This document shows, piece after piece, positions 1 through 58,220 of a stretch of DNA of 64,000 bases. The position numbers and the translations under genes are program-made. Location: contig NC_090343.1 in the NCBI RefSeq assembly GCF_035084215.1, positions 12,648,001-12,712,000 on the forward strand. Direction: 5' to 3'. The DNA comes from Heptranchias perlo (Eukaryota). A model generated the notes under the pieces. That model ran no database searches. It saw only the letters and a program-made list of their open reading frames with translations, and was not told where the DNA came from. Position 1 is the first letter of the stretch. The number at the start of each line of letters is the position of its first letter.

Positions 1-1134
1 TCTCTTAGCCTTACTAAAGCTCTTCTCTCCTGTGATCCAATCATGCCAACTTTTTCACCCCCATTCCGCTCCCTGCCTTAACTCACTATTCCTCTGCATT
101 CCTACTCTCCTGCCACTGTCCCACATCCATTTCAAGGATACCCCAACTCTATTCTGCAAAAAAGTTCCTCCCAGCTAAGTGACAGCTAACTCCACTAGCC
201 CTGACATCGTCCACTCCTCAATCCCTACCAGCCTTACTATTAATCCCACTGAGCCAATAACACCCAGGCCAAAAAGATATTCATCTTCTGAGGAGTCTGA
301 AATTTCACTTGTAGCCACCTCTGGTCTCCAACTGTGGTGCAGGAGGAACTCAGCACTAAGCTGCATTCTTAGGCAGCTAAGACTAATCAGGGATGGGCAA
401 TAAATGCCAGCCTTGCCAACGACACCCACATCCTGAGAATGAATTTTTTAAAAAAGTAGCCAAGGACAATAATTTGAGAGTTACAGCTCAGTTGAGTTAC
501 CACTTTCCTAATGGCATTTTTGGCTCCACTTGTGCAACATAAGACATCTGCATCATACAGGTGTACTTTGGCCGAAGATGAGCTGAACTGGGAGGATTTC
601 CAGTGGAGACTGTTGTCCTGCTGGGTCCTGCCTCTTGCCATGACATTGAAGTGTAGAAAGTAATTTATGCACATATGGAAATGATTATAATTAATACAGT
701 CTCTTTAAACTTGAAGGATTTTCACTCTGAACAAAAAACCTTTTAGAAAATACATTGCAATATTACAAGAAATACACCATCATGATTTAGATCATGCAAA
801 ACTGTGATAGACAGTGGGATTTCTCCCAGGGCATCACAAAAGGTGTAGCTATCTACCTTGTCCTTAAGAAAACATCAAAAGATAGTTAGAGACACTAGCC
901 TAGAAATTACTGTTAATGATATCAGATGACAAATACTTAATTGTTCACAACATTTTTCTATGTGCAATGTTATTCCAGGAGTTAACTTGTTTATCTTAAA
1001 TAGGACAATATATTCAATAAAACAGAGGACAAAGGACTCTTCCACTATCAGCAACTGCTGTGTGTTGATGTTAACTCATATATACATGTCATCTAGAACT
1101 GAAGGCTGAAAGATAAGCATTTTACATTAAACAT

Positions 1135-1225
1135 CTTCCAGTTCTGATGAAACGTTAACTTTGTTTCTGCCTCCACATACCTGCCTGATCTGCTGAGTGT
1201 TTCCAGCATTTTCTGATTTTAGTTA
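1135..1225 (+). mobile_element. Penelope-like 3' end fragment (hammerhead stem II deleted)
   Basis: ttctgatgaaacgttaact...ctgcctgatctgctgagtgtttccagcattttctg. Confidence 0.55.
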
Positions 1226-1479
1226 GTTTGGTTAAAACAAAGAGAAAAAAGAGGGAGGGGAAGCAACCAACAGACACTCCAATCGGAGTAGTAGTCAATG
1301 GGTTGAATGGCCAACAAACTGTTTAACTAGTTGTATGTTCTTTCTATATCTTTTCATTATCTCACTGATTATCTTTCTATAGATATGAAAAAAACCCAAT
1401 GTGTACCAAGGTAAGAGGGAGTGACCGCAAAGAGTGAAAAAATGGGATAAATGGTAGAAGAAAAAACATGCAAGTGCAA

Positions 1480-1800
1480 CAGGTCTGAAATAAAACAGAA
1501 AATTTTAGCAAATGCATTGGGTCCACTAGTCCCAACAAAAGAGAAAAAAGCCAAACACACAGGCACAGACCCCCTCCCCACAGCAGTGTGTTTTGACAAA
1601 GGGTCTACACCCTAAATGGCAACCTTCTCTCTTCCCCCAGATATGGAGACCCCCCAGCTACACCCTACGCCCCTGCCATAAAGAAAATGGAAGATATAGT
1701 CAATGTCTGGAGTTACTAAAGTCAATGCTCAGACTCGAGAGCTTCAAAGTGTGCAGGAGAAAAATTAAATACTGTTCCTTAAGTTTGGAACAGCGATAGT
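1480..1800 (-). mobile_element. Old Penelope-like fragment (GIY-YIG C-terminus plus 3' end)
   Basis: Minus translation KLKEQYLIFLLHTLKLSSLSIDFSNSRH* resembles the PLE EQ.LIF.L.TL.P.GLN motif. Confidence 0.5.
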
Positions 1801-2003
1801 GAACTCAGGTTCACGCTTGCGGACAGAATGGAGAATTTTGGCAAAATGGGCATCAAAACTACACTTCCTGTCATTACAATTTTACACACTTTTAGGTCAA
1901 CATTTAACATTGAAATTCCCTTTATAAACAGTTGTCTATAAATCTGGTGAAGCACACAAATCACTTGACATGCCATTATTTCCTAACTAAAATTTCTGAT
2001 GTC

Positions 2004-4655
2004 TAAAGAGAGGAGGGGGAGTTGCGTTCTTGATTAGGGAGAACATCACGGCAGTAGTGAGAGGGGATATATCCGAGGGTTCGCCCACTGAGTCTATATG
2101 GGTAGAACTGAAAAATAAGAAGGGAAAGATCACTTTGATAGGATTGTACTACAGATCCCCAAATAGTCAACGGGAAATTGAGGAGCAAATATGTAAGGAG
2201 ATTACAGACAGCTGCAAGAAAAATAGGGTGGCAATAGTAGGGGACTTTAACTTTCCCAACATTGACTGGGACAGCCATAGCATTAGGGGCTTGGATGGAG
2301 AAATTTGTTGAGTGTATTCAGGAGGAATTTCTCATTCAGTATGTGGATGGCCCGACTAGAGAGGGGGCAAAACTTGACCTCCTCTTGGGAAATAAGGAAG
2401 GGCAGGTGACAGAAGTGTTAGTGAGGGATCACTTTGGGACCAGTGATCATAATTCCATTAGTTTTAAGATAGCTATGGAGAATGATAGGTCTGGCCCAAA
2501 AGTTAAAATTCTAAATTGGGGAAAGGCCAATTTTGATGGTATTAGACAGGAACTTTCAGAAGTTGATTGGGAGAGTCTGTTGGCAGGCAAAGGGACGTCT
2601 GGTAAGTGGGAGGCTTTCAAAAGTGTGTTAACCAGGGTTCAGGGTAAGCACATTCCTTATAAAGTGAAGGGCAAGGCTGGTAGAAGTAGGGAACCTTGGA
2701 TGACTCGGGAGATTGAGGCCCTAGTCAAAAAAGGAGGCATATGACATGCATAGGCAGCTGGGATCAAGTGGATCCCTTGAAGAGTATAGAGATTGCCGGA
2801 GTAGAGTTAAGAGAGAAATCAGGAGGGCAAAAAGGGGACATGAGATTGCTTTGGCAGATAAGGCAAAGGAGAATCCAAAGAGCTTCTACAAATACATAAA
2901 GGGCAAAAGAGTAACTAGGGAGAGAGTAGGGCCTCTTAAGGATCAACAAGGTCATCTATGTGCAGAACCACAAGAGATGGGTGAGATCCTGAATGAATAT
3001 TTCGCATCGGTATTTACGGTTGAGAAAGGCATGGATGTTAGGGAACTTGGGGAAATAAATAGTGATGTCTTGAGGAGTGTACATATTACAGAGAGGGAGG
3101 TGCTGGAAGTCTTAACGCGCATCAAGGTAGATAAATCTCCGGGACCTGATGAAATATATCCCAGGACGTTATGGGACGTTAGGGAGGAAATTGCGGGTCC
3201 CCTAGCAGAGATATGTGAATCATCGACAGCTACAGGTGAGGTGCCTGAAGATTGGAGGGTAGCAAATGTTGTGCCTTTGTTTAAGAAGGGCGGCAGGGAA
3301 AAGCCTGGGAACTACAGACCAGTGAGCCTGACATCTGTAGTGGGTAAGTTGTTAGAGGGTATTCTGAGAGACAGGATCTACAAGCATTTGGAGAGGCAGG
3401 GACTGATTAGGAACAGTCAGCATGGTTTTGAGAGAGGAAAATCATCTCACGAATTTGATTGAGTTTTTTGAAGGGATAACCAAGAAGATAGATGAGGGCT
3501 GTGCAGTAGACGTGGTCTACATGGACTTTAGCAAAGCCTTTGACAAGGTACCGCATGGTAGGTTGTTACATAAGGTTAAATCTCACGGGATCCAAGGTGA
3601 GGTAGCCAATTTCATACAAAATTGGATTGACGACAGAAGATGGTTGTTTTTCAAACTGGAGGCCTGTGACCAGCGGTGTGCCTCAGGGATCGGTGCTGGG
3701 TCCGCTGTTATTTGTTATTTATATTAATGATTTGGATGAGAATTTAGGAGGCATGGTTAGTAAGTTTGCAGATGACACCAAGATTGGTGGCATTGTGGAC
3801 AGTGAAGGTGGTTATCTCGGATTGCAACGGGATCTTGATAAATTGGGCCAGTGGGCCGATGAATGGCAGATGGAGTTTAATTTAGATAAATGTGAGGTGA
3901 TGCATTTTGGTAGATCGAATCGGGCCAGGACCTACTCCGTTAATGGTAGGGCGTTGGGGAGAGTTATCGAACAAAGAGATCTAGGAGTACAGGTTCATAG
4001 CTCCTTGAAAGTGGAGTCACAGGTGGATAGGGTGGTGAAGAAGGCATTCAGCATGCTTGGTTTCATTGGTCAGAACACTGAATACAGGAGTTGGGATGTC
4101 TTGTTGAAGTTGTACAAGACATTAGTAAGGCCACACTTGGAATACTGTGTACAGTTCTGGTCACCCTATTATAGAAAGGATATTATTAAACTGGAAAGAG
4201 TGCAGAAAAGATTTACTAGGATGCTACCGGGACTTGATGGTTTGACTTATAGGGAGAGGTTGGATAGACTGAGACTTTTTTCCCTGGAGAGTAGGAGGTT
4301 AAGGGGTGATCTTAGAAGTCTATAAAATAATGAGGGGCATAGATAAGGTAGATAGTCAAAATCTTTTCCCAAAGGTAGGGGAGTCTATAACGAGGGGGCA
4401 TAGATTTAAGGTGAGAGGGGAGAGATACAAAAGGGTCCAGAGGGGCAATTTTTTCACTCAAAGGGTGGTGAGTGTCTGGAACGAGCTGCCAGAGGCAGTA
4501 GTAGAGGCGGGTACAATTTTGTCTTTTAAAAAGCATTTGGACAGTTACATGGGATATGGGCCAAGTACAGGCAATTGGGACTAGCTTAGTGGTATAAACT
4601 GGGTGACATGGACACGTTGGGCCTGTTTCCATGTTGTAAACTCCTATGATTCTAT
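2004..4655 (+). mobile_element. CR1 LINE, 5'-truncated, frameshifted ORF2
   Basis: Successive ORF pieces 2030..4584 with [22 protein letters not shown]; ends in ctatgattctat. Confidence 0.92.
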
Positions 4656-5831
4656 AAAACAAGACTTTAAACAAAATCAAAAAATACATATTTCACTAAT
4701 TAATTTTTCTCATTGAATTATCTTGTGTCATTTAGTACCTTCATTCAAGTTTTTACTTCGGTGTCAGCTTCTCTCCAAAGTCTGACCTTCGACTCAATAT
4801 TTCTACCTTAAATAGTTGCCAGAGCTTTCAATCACATCTGTGCATTTTGCAAAATTTCCAAGCATGAAATCTGAATTGAAGGATATTCCCCTCATCCAGT
4901 GAGGATTTCTTTGCTTCCCCTTACTCCCCCTACCAAAAGATGTGGAAAGTGACTGAAGAAGCTTTTATTTCAGGCAAGTGATGTATTAACAAGTGCATTT
5001 TACCGTTCTGAACTTCTCGCAAACACCTGCAAGAAGCAATACATATGAATACTGCATATGTCATTGTGATTTCTTTGCTTTCTTTTCTAGCAATCAAAGA
5101 AATTATTCATAAAGAACGAATTGCTGTTGAAAATTCAGTTAAAAAATTTATCTTCTGAACAATGTAACTGATGAACCTTTGAGCATTGAGGTTTTTTGTT
5201 TATATGGAAATTTGTTTATTAAAGAATCTATATTTGGCAAACTTATTAACAGTGCACTAAGTTTTTCACTTCTAGCACATGCCAGAAGTGTATATAGGAA
5301 ATTGCACTCTGCAGTCTGAGATTTTCCGTTCATTCATTTTAAGCTGAAAATTTAAGGCGTTAAGGTGCAGACACAAACACAGAAGGCTGTTAGCTGAGAC
5401 CCAACCCAGATGCGAGAGATCCCAGGCTCCCTTCCCAATGCTCCTCGGGCTTCCTCTAATGCTGGTAAGTGCTTGTCATTAGTAATTCTACTTGGCATAA
5501 CACCCCTGTTATAAAACCGCCAATTCACAATGAGCAATTAAAAAATGTTATTGCACAAAATCAGAAGGATATTACACTTCACCAAATACTCCCTTAATGT
5601 TAGTGCTCTGTTGAAACTGTAAACCTTTATCAAACTTAGAGTATTAGTCATACGAGAGGGATGTTTGACAAATATGCATAACAGGACTGGCAATTGAGAC
5701 CACCTTTTTCCTTGACCAAAGTGCAGGTCAATATTTAACCATTAACAGGCGTAAAAAAAAAAGATACACAACGTGGTACAATTGTATGTTTCTTTTAACA
5801 TTCACATTCACACACTTTAATATCATGAAAA

Positions 5832-5967
5832 TTTATTCAGACATGGCTTGTGTGTATTTAATGTACATCTTTTACAGAATGCTTTCTTACAACATCTGTT
5901 TCCAAACAGCTGAATAGCAAGATACAGTAACAAATCGGCAAAGACATTTTAAATAGAAATCTTTATT
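5832..5967 (-). terminator. Candidate polyadenylation signals
   Basis: TGTAAATAAA (5962-5971) and AATAAA (5832-5837) with downstream gtgtgtgaatgtgaatgtt. Confidence 0.5.
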
Positions 5968-6944
5968 TACAACATTAACATCAAGAGGCAAATAAATCAG
6001 TAAAAGCAATATCTGCTAACAACTTTATCTTTTTTAATTATTTTGTGTTTTTTTTAAAACAAATTTTCTATCATACCTTGCCTTGCATGAAATGTAACGT
6101 TGGGATACAAATAGCAATATTAGAAATCTTTAGATTGAGCTAAATTAAATCCTCACTACTCTTCAATACTGTAGGTCTTCTCCAGGTGGACTTTCAAATA
6201 TTGCTTTTACAGCATGATAAATTTATCAATTTCATAATTTTAAAATTTTTTAACAGGTGTCTACCCACAAAATTTGATACAGAAAATTAACATAAAATCT
6301 AGGCTGAGGCTAAAGGGAGAAAAAAAAGGGGGAAAAGTGACTCATTATAATACCTGCATTTAATTATTTCTTATTTAAATAATAAATAGTTTGCTCCATT
6401 GGGTAAACCTATACATTAACTATATTAATGTACAATTTGGTGTTATCAGTAAGAAAAGGCTTTGAATATACATGATCTCAGATTTCCAAAGCAGAATGCA
6501 ATCTAAAAATGAAAAAAATCAAAAATCTATACTCTAATCGCACACATTTTACCTAGAAATCCCAATCCTCCAAGAACAACCAGTTCAGATCGCACATAAT
6601 TATTGTATAGGAATTCAAAACAGTCATTTTCTGCATTAAAAATATAATTCCATTTTATTCACAGTGCTCTGAACTCATTCTGTGATGTGAAGCATTATTG
6701 GGTAAAATGGTCACTTACTGTCAGGAAGGGGTGGAAACAAATAAGGAAGTCTGAAGATTGGAATCAGACATGCAGCCCAGCCCTTTCAATTTCCAAAATG
6801 AGTTGTGGATATTAGTCAAGGTCAGCATTCAGGCTCAAAGAACAAGCAGATTCATAGTCAGTCTTGCTCATGTTTCACCTGGAATAAAATCTGAGTCGTT
6901 TAAAATTTTGATTAAAATAAAAAGGATACTAGTCCCATGAAATA

Positions 6945-7335
6945 CGTTTTACTCCCCTCCCTTCCTGAAGGCATTGAATTCATGCTGGGGTGTTCTTCCA
7001 TAGGCACTGTGTGCCTCAGGTACCTGTCCAAGCGGCCATTACTCATGCGCAATCCTGGAAAGTGTGCATCATCAGGCTATTTAATCCCAGTGCGCATCTA
7101 GCCAACCCTGCCCGTGCTCCCCGGATATCCATATATGCATGAATCCCAGCAGGACCAGGAGCGAGAATCCCAGCCAGTTTTCTCCTCCCTAACCCAGAGT
7201 CATTGAGGATAATTGCAGTCCCCCATCCTTCCACCCCATCTAAAATCAGCTAACTCAGCACAAAATAGGGATCAAACCTGGAGCCATTCTGGTCTGTATG
7301 GCTCAACTACTCCCTGGATAAATCTGCTGAGGTAT
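6945..7335 (-). mobile_element. tRNA-headed SINE-like repeat inside the putative 3'UTR (family also at about 15800-16080, 16825-17080, 19625-19975, 28025-28150, 34770-35130)
   Basis: Shared blocks such as cctgaaggca.tga...tgctggggt, cctagacagcgag and gtctgtatggctca recur between copies. Confidence 0.55.
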
Positions 7336-8312
7336 CAGGGAAGCAAAATACTTCTAACTTCTGTAGTGAGATTGATTGTATACCTTACAAGTGAGTCAGA
7401 TTATTGATAGCCTTGCACCTTTTGACAACACAGGTATTTTGCATTCTTTGAAGCAACAAACACAAGTGAGACATTCATCCATGTTCTAACAGGAGTTGGC
7501 GCATTGATCTTTTGTAAATATTACTTACTTTAAGAAAAAAGGGACTGAACTGAGAAGATCAGAAGTTAATTCAAGTTCGTATCCTTTATAAATCATTCTG
7601 TACAAAAACCCTTTATCAGAACTTGCCATTTGAAATTTTTTTTTAAAGTAAGCTTGTAGTAATTAGCTGTAGAAACTTAAAAATAAAATGCAAGAATCTC
7701 ATACTGCTTCTAAAAAAGCCCAGGTTTTCCTTTAAATCATGTAAATATGAACTAATTTTGTAACTTGGAAACTCCATACAACATAAGTAGTGTTCTCCTC
7801 TTGCAAGATGCAAGTGATTTATGCCATGCACCATGAACCAGTAGAAAAAGAACAAATCCTTGAATCAGACAAGTAGCTCTACAATTCACCTTTTGTGTTG
7901 AAAATTAAATGCCCTGATTGCTCATGGTACCAGGTCACCAGCTGTAACTGAGCATTTGTTGCCTCTGAGGAATGTTCATACACTAGGCTGTGGTTTGAGA
8001 TCTGAATGCTTTTTATACAGGGAATCTTGCTTAATGGCCACAGTAGGCAGGGTTTCAGTACAGGAGGTATGGAGATCAGCTATATTATCATGCCTACATT
8101 TAATAGGGAAAGCAAGTAGTTTCTCCTCAGTCAAAGTTATAAAATAATAAGTGAAAAATAAAATATGCATTTTAATTGGTTATATTCTTAAGGGAAATCT
8201 TCACTGAATACATTATAATATTTTTAATATCTACTTCCTCCTCAGGACACAGAAAAGTGCAACTGGATATAATGAAACATTTAGTCTTCCATATGGTTCT
8301 TTGCACTAATAA

Positions 8313-8674
8313 TCTGCTACTGCATTGTAACCAGACCCCTTACAATGTCAGGTTACTGTATTGTAGTCAGAGCCCTCACAACGTCAGGTTACTGTATTGT
8401 AGTCAGAGCCCTCACAACGTCAGGTTACTGTATTGTAGTCAGAGCCCTCACAACGTCAGGTTACTGTATTGTAGTCAGAGCCCTCACAACGTCAGGTTAC
8501 TGTATTGTAGTCAGACCCCTCACAACGTCAGGTTACTGTATTGTAGTCAGAGCCCTCACAACGTCAGGTTACTGTATTGTAGTCAGAGCCCTCACAACGT
8601 CAGGTTACTGTATTGTAGTCAGAGCCCTCAACGTCAGGTTACTGTATTGTAGTCAGACCCCTCACAACATCAGG
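8313..8674. repeat. 36-bp minisatellite, 9 near-identical units plus a degenerate one
   Basis: Unit GTCAGGTTACTGTATTGTAGTCAGAGCCCTCACAAC starts at 8347, 8383, 8419, 8455, 8491, 8527, 8563, 8599, 8633. Confidence 0.95.
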
Positions 8675-11532
8675 CGATTTTAGTTGTCTATTATTTTTTT
8701 TTGGTTAGTTTTGACCTCAGTCTAGATGTACAGCAAACCTGAGTATTTTCATCACATAGCAACCAAAGTAACTGATTTTCCCCCACAGTAAAAGCATGTC
8801 AATGTACACTGAAATTAATATTTCAATTCTTAAAATTTTCACTCTGAACATCAAATTTCTATTTCGTTCAACTCCCCCCCCCAAACAAAATCTTTTTCAT
8901 TACTTCAGGATTGAGACTCAATCTCCAACTGAGCGGAAACAACAGTACAACAGTCACTCAGCCATTTTTCTGCTGGGCAAGGTGGCCAGACAACAATTAA
9001 ATTGCAATGCCTCTGCTTCTGTACTGCTCAGCTCCATCTATGCATGGCTGGCTTCAGACAGCCAAATTTTACTTTGGCTCGTTTGCACACCAGGGAGCAC
9101 CAGTCAATGGCTGCCAAATCTCGGCCCTGTATGTAAGATGCAGCAATTAATTGCTGAAAGCAGCCTACACCAATGCTTATAGACAGCTTCCAGATCATTA
9201 AAAAAAAGCCTAAACCTATTAAGCAGATTCATGGAGGTATTCTTCTAAACTAAAAATCAGGTGCAGCTGATCAAACCTCCTCTAAAAAAGCAAAGCTTCT
9301 TTCAGTTTAAGAACAGTTGACACACAGCCAGTAATTCATCCAAACAAAACAAAAATGTAATTAAATATTTGCTTTGTTTCTCCTGGGGAGTAGGGTGGGG
9401 GGAGGGGAGGAAAGAGGGAGTCGGGGGGAGGAAAGAGGGAATCACTGAATACCTCTATTCAGTAGATGTGGAATGTATCTGCTGTTGCAAGCAACTAACT
9501 TTTTTTTTTAAATTCTGTTAAGTGATCAATATGATCAGAGGAGGCCTCAGGCCATTAGCTGCACAAAACATACGCATTGCTTCAACTAAAGTAGGTTAAA
9601 TTTGAGATAATACTCATGACAGCCAGAAACAACATCTTTCCTATCCCACTCATCCAGCAGTTACTTGTCTACAAATAACAAAGTTAAACCAGGTCTTTAT
9701 CTACAGTAGCTCCAGTAATATTGTATATATTGATTTTTAAAAAATTAACATGGCTACAGAGGCGGAACTGCAGTTGTGGCCCGACTCTAACTGCACTATT
9801 AGCACAGAAACCCCAAATTTCAGTTGAATTGTTGCATAGACTTCTGTACCATCTGAACATTTAATCTCAATCATTAGAAAAAAAGTCTCCATTTAAATTG
9901 CTGTCTCTTTTTTGGGGGAAAAGGTCTCATTGTGACAGTGGCAGTAACCAATTCTGCATTAAAAAGAAAAAATTAATGTGCTAGCAGACATATCCAACCT
10001 TGTGAAACACCATAAGCTGCAGCAAACCAAACAATGCTAAGCAGAAAGAAAAAAATGGGAGAAGAGACAGGGAAGATAGAAGCAAAAAAGAACTCAGATT
10101 AACCAGGACAATGAACATTCAGGGATAAGAACTACAAGCTGGTTTAGATGTGCAAAATGATTCCACTTCCCTGTGTTGAGCATGTTACCTTTATGCTGAT
10201 TTGTCAGTGTAACATCTATATTCAATCTGTTTTGTACAAATACAGTAATACTTTGATATTTCCAACAAACTTTGGAAAAGAATTGCAATCAAGAAAGTTA
10301 GCCATTGTTTAAACAAATCTGAATACATCCTGAAATCAGTGGCGTTAACTGTTAAGACAGTTACTTCCAGATCAATCCGAACAGAATTTTCTTCCTTCGT
10401 CAAAACCAGGAAGATGCACCCCGCAATATCAGTACCCGCAAAAATCAAAAGCAATCAAAATGTAGTTCTACAGTTAAACATAAATATGTTGTCCATTGAA
10501 TTAAACGTCATCACTATGAATTTCATGTTGCTCACAGTCCTGTCACTCATTCATCAAATCATCATGGAGCTCGCTCATTCGGAATCACACAGAATCAATA
10601 ATTTACACACAAAATAAGGAAATTAGGTAGAATATTATTCCTTTGGAGTACAACTATGTAAAGTAAGCTGCTGTTTGAGGCAATGTCACTTGAAACCTGT
10701 CACAAGAATTGAATCGCATTTTAATGATGCAAATCTCATTCCATCTCCCTGTATTTGTTGGAGTAGTAGAATGCCAAAGTCCCCTCTTCACAATGATCCT
10801 ACATCATCCATCACATCGCATAGACACTATGGGTTCAGTGATTATTTACTGCTCAGCAATTTACAAGTAACCCCTCTCCCTCTCACAGAGGTGAGGGTGG
10901 CCAAGTGACACTTGATGAGCAATTCTGTCTTAATATAAACTAAAACGAGGACTAGTGAGAAATAAATCCTTTTTCAAACTTTTGATCAGTTACTATTTGG
11001 CGGATTTAAGCCATGATTTTCAGATAAGATTGATGCAGTTGCACTTTTCAGAAGCACCTCTTTTTATAAATACAATTATGGGAGGGGGGGGAGGGGGAGG
11101 GGGTAGGAGAGAGAGAGAAATGCAGCTTTTTTGAAAGTTAAAAGCTAGATTGGCGGCACAGGATAAAATCTGGATGATCAACATGGGAAAATCTGAACTT
11201 TTTGCACATTCTTACAGATTGGCTCAATTGTCAAGGCCTGGTGCAAACAGGTCTGACAACTTGAACTGCTGCTAAAAGGCAAGGAGTACAGAAATAAGAA
11301 TCTGTCAAATATTTAGCCTCACCAATGCTGTGCAAAAAAAAAAAAAAATCAGTAAATGTGACCTATAAAAGTGTATATATAATATAATATTGTATTCATT
11401 ATTTACAAGATATATTCACAGGAGCCAGCTTCCAGGTGTTTTATGCTGCAGTACCTTGCTTTGAGTCAACAGCACGCACCTTGTATTTACCCCACTTGAA
11501 ATTTTATCTGCAATATTTTAAAATGAAGAAGA

Positions 11533-11540
11533 TTATTGCT
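11533..11540 (-). promoter_or_regulatory. miR-137 8mer site AGCAATAA in 3'UTR
   Basis: Exact 8mer; p160 coactivators are known miR-137 targets. Confidence 0.55.
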
Positions 11541-11736
11541 TGGCATTGCATATGCAGATTTAAAAAGTTGGATGTTGGAATACATACAGTTGTGTTCCAC
11601 TGTGATCTTTGAAATACCAATGGGTTACTTAACACAAAGATGATTCAGAAAACAAAAACAAGGATTTGCTAATGTGCAGATATGGCTACATTGATCATGA
11701 AACACTGCAGTGATCCTCGACTACTTCAGCCTTCTC

Positions 11737-11744
11737 TAAAGTGC
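11737..11744 (-). promoter_or_regulatory. miR-17/20/106 family 8mer site GCACTTTA in 3'UTR
   Basis: Exact 8mer; human NCOA3 is a known miR-17-5p target. Confidence 0.55.
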
Positions 11745-12248
11745 ATCAACAAGCACACTGTTCTATGCTGACACTCGGCAGTCATTTTTTCAAATGTTTG
11801 TCAATGTAACGACCACATTATGAGTGACATTTCACAATACTACCAGAAAAAAAAACAAGGCTAGGTGCTGCATTAAAGTAGATGCAAGATTTGGCAAGCG
11901 AAAAGGTAGCAACCAGATGACATTAAAAGGACAATTAAAAACCAAAGCAAATCCTAAACGATTCGAGTTTTTGACCCAGCGGTGTACTGCTGCCAAGAGT
12001 CTTCTCTTTGATAAAACAAACACGTCTAATAAAAACAGAGAAACAGTTCTCTTTCATAAGAAATGAACACCTTAGCAGGCTGGCACAGTGGTTCTGGTTG
12101 GGCTGCACCAATCCCCAGCAGCACACAAGGTGGTGCCATTTCCTTCTCTGTGTTAAGTGTCTGCTGTAGATTCTCACAGTGCATTGTTCTCAAAAGCCAC
12201 GTGGACCCAAATTAACCTTTTGGATTGATGATCAGCCGTCCTGAGTTG

Positions 12249-58205
<45,957 letters not shown>

Positions 58206-58209
<4 letters not shown>

Positions 58210-58220
58210 CTTAAACACAT
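58206..58220 (-). promoter_or_regulatory. Short uORF (MCLR*) whose stop overlaps the NCOA3 start codon (ATGA)
   Basis: ATG TGT TTA AGA TGA read directly. Confidence 0.6.

Larger units (their letters stand above)
5815..12248 (-). other. NCOA3: Putative long NCOA3 3'UTR
   Basis: Follows the stop codon, AT-rich and free of recognisable LINEs. Candidate AATAAA at 5962-5967 and 5832-5837, the latter followed by a GT-rich tract. The 3' end is inferred. Confidence 0.55.

Noticed and set aside
387-674. Possible exon of a convergent neighbouring gene (SULF2 in human synteny)
   Set aside because: No recognisable sulfatase peptide in the frames I read.
8313-8674. CRISPR-like array of 36-bp repeats; repetitive ORFs 8176..8652 and 8345..8683
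   Set aside because: Units are directly adjacent with no unique spacers and the context is vertebrate. The ORFs are a by-product of a stop-free unit of length divisible by 3.
9386-9440. G-run tracts (also 11080-11105) as RNA G-quadruplexes
   Set aside because: The G-rich strand is antisense to NCOA3 mRNA and such runs are common throughout the window.
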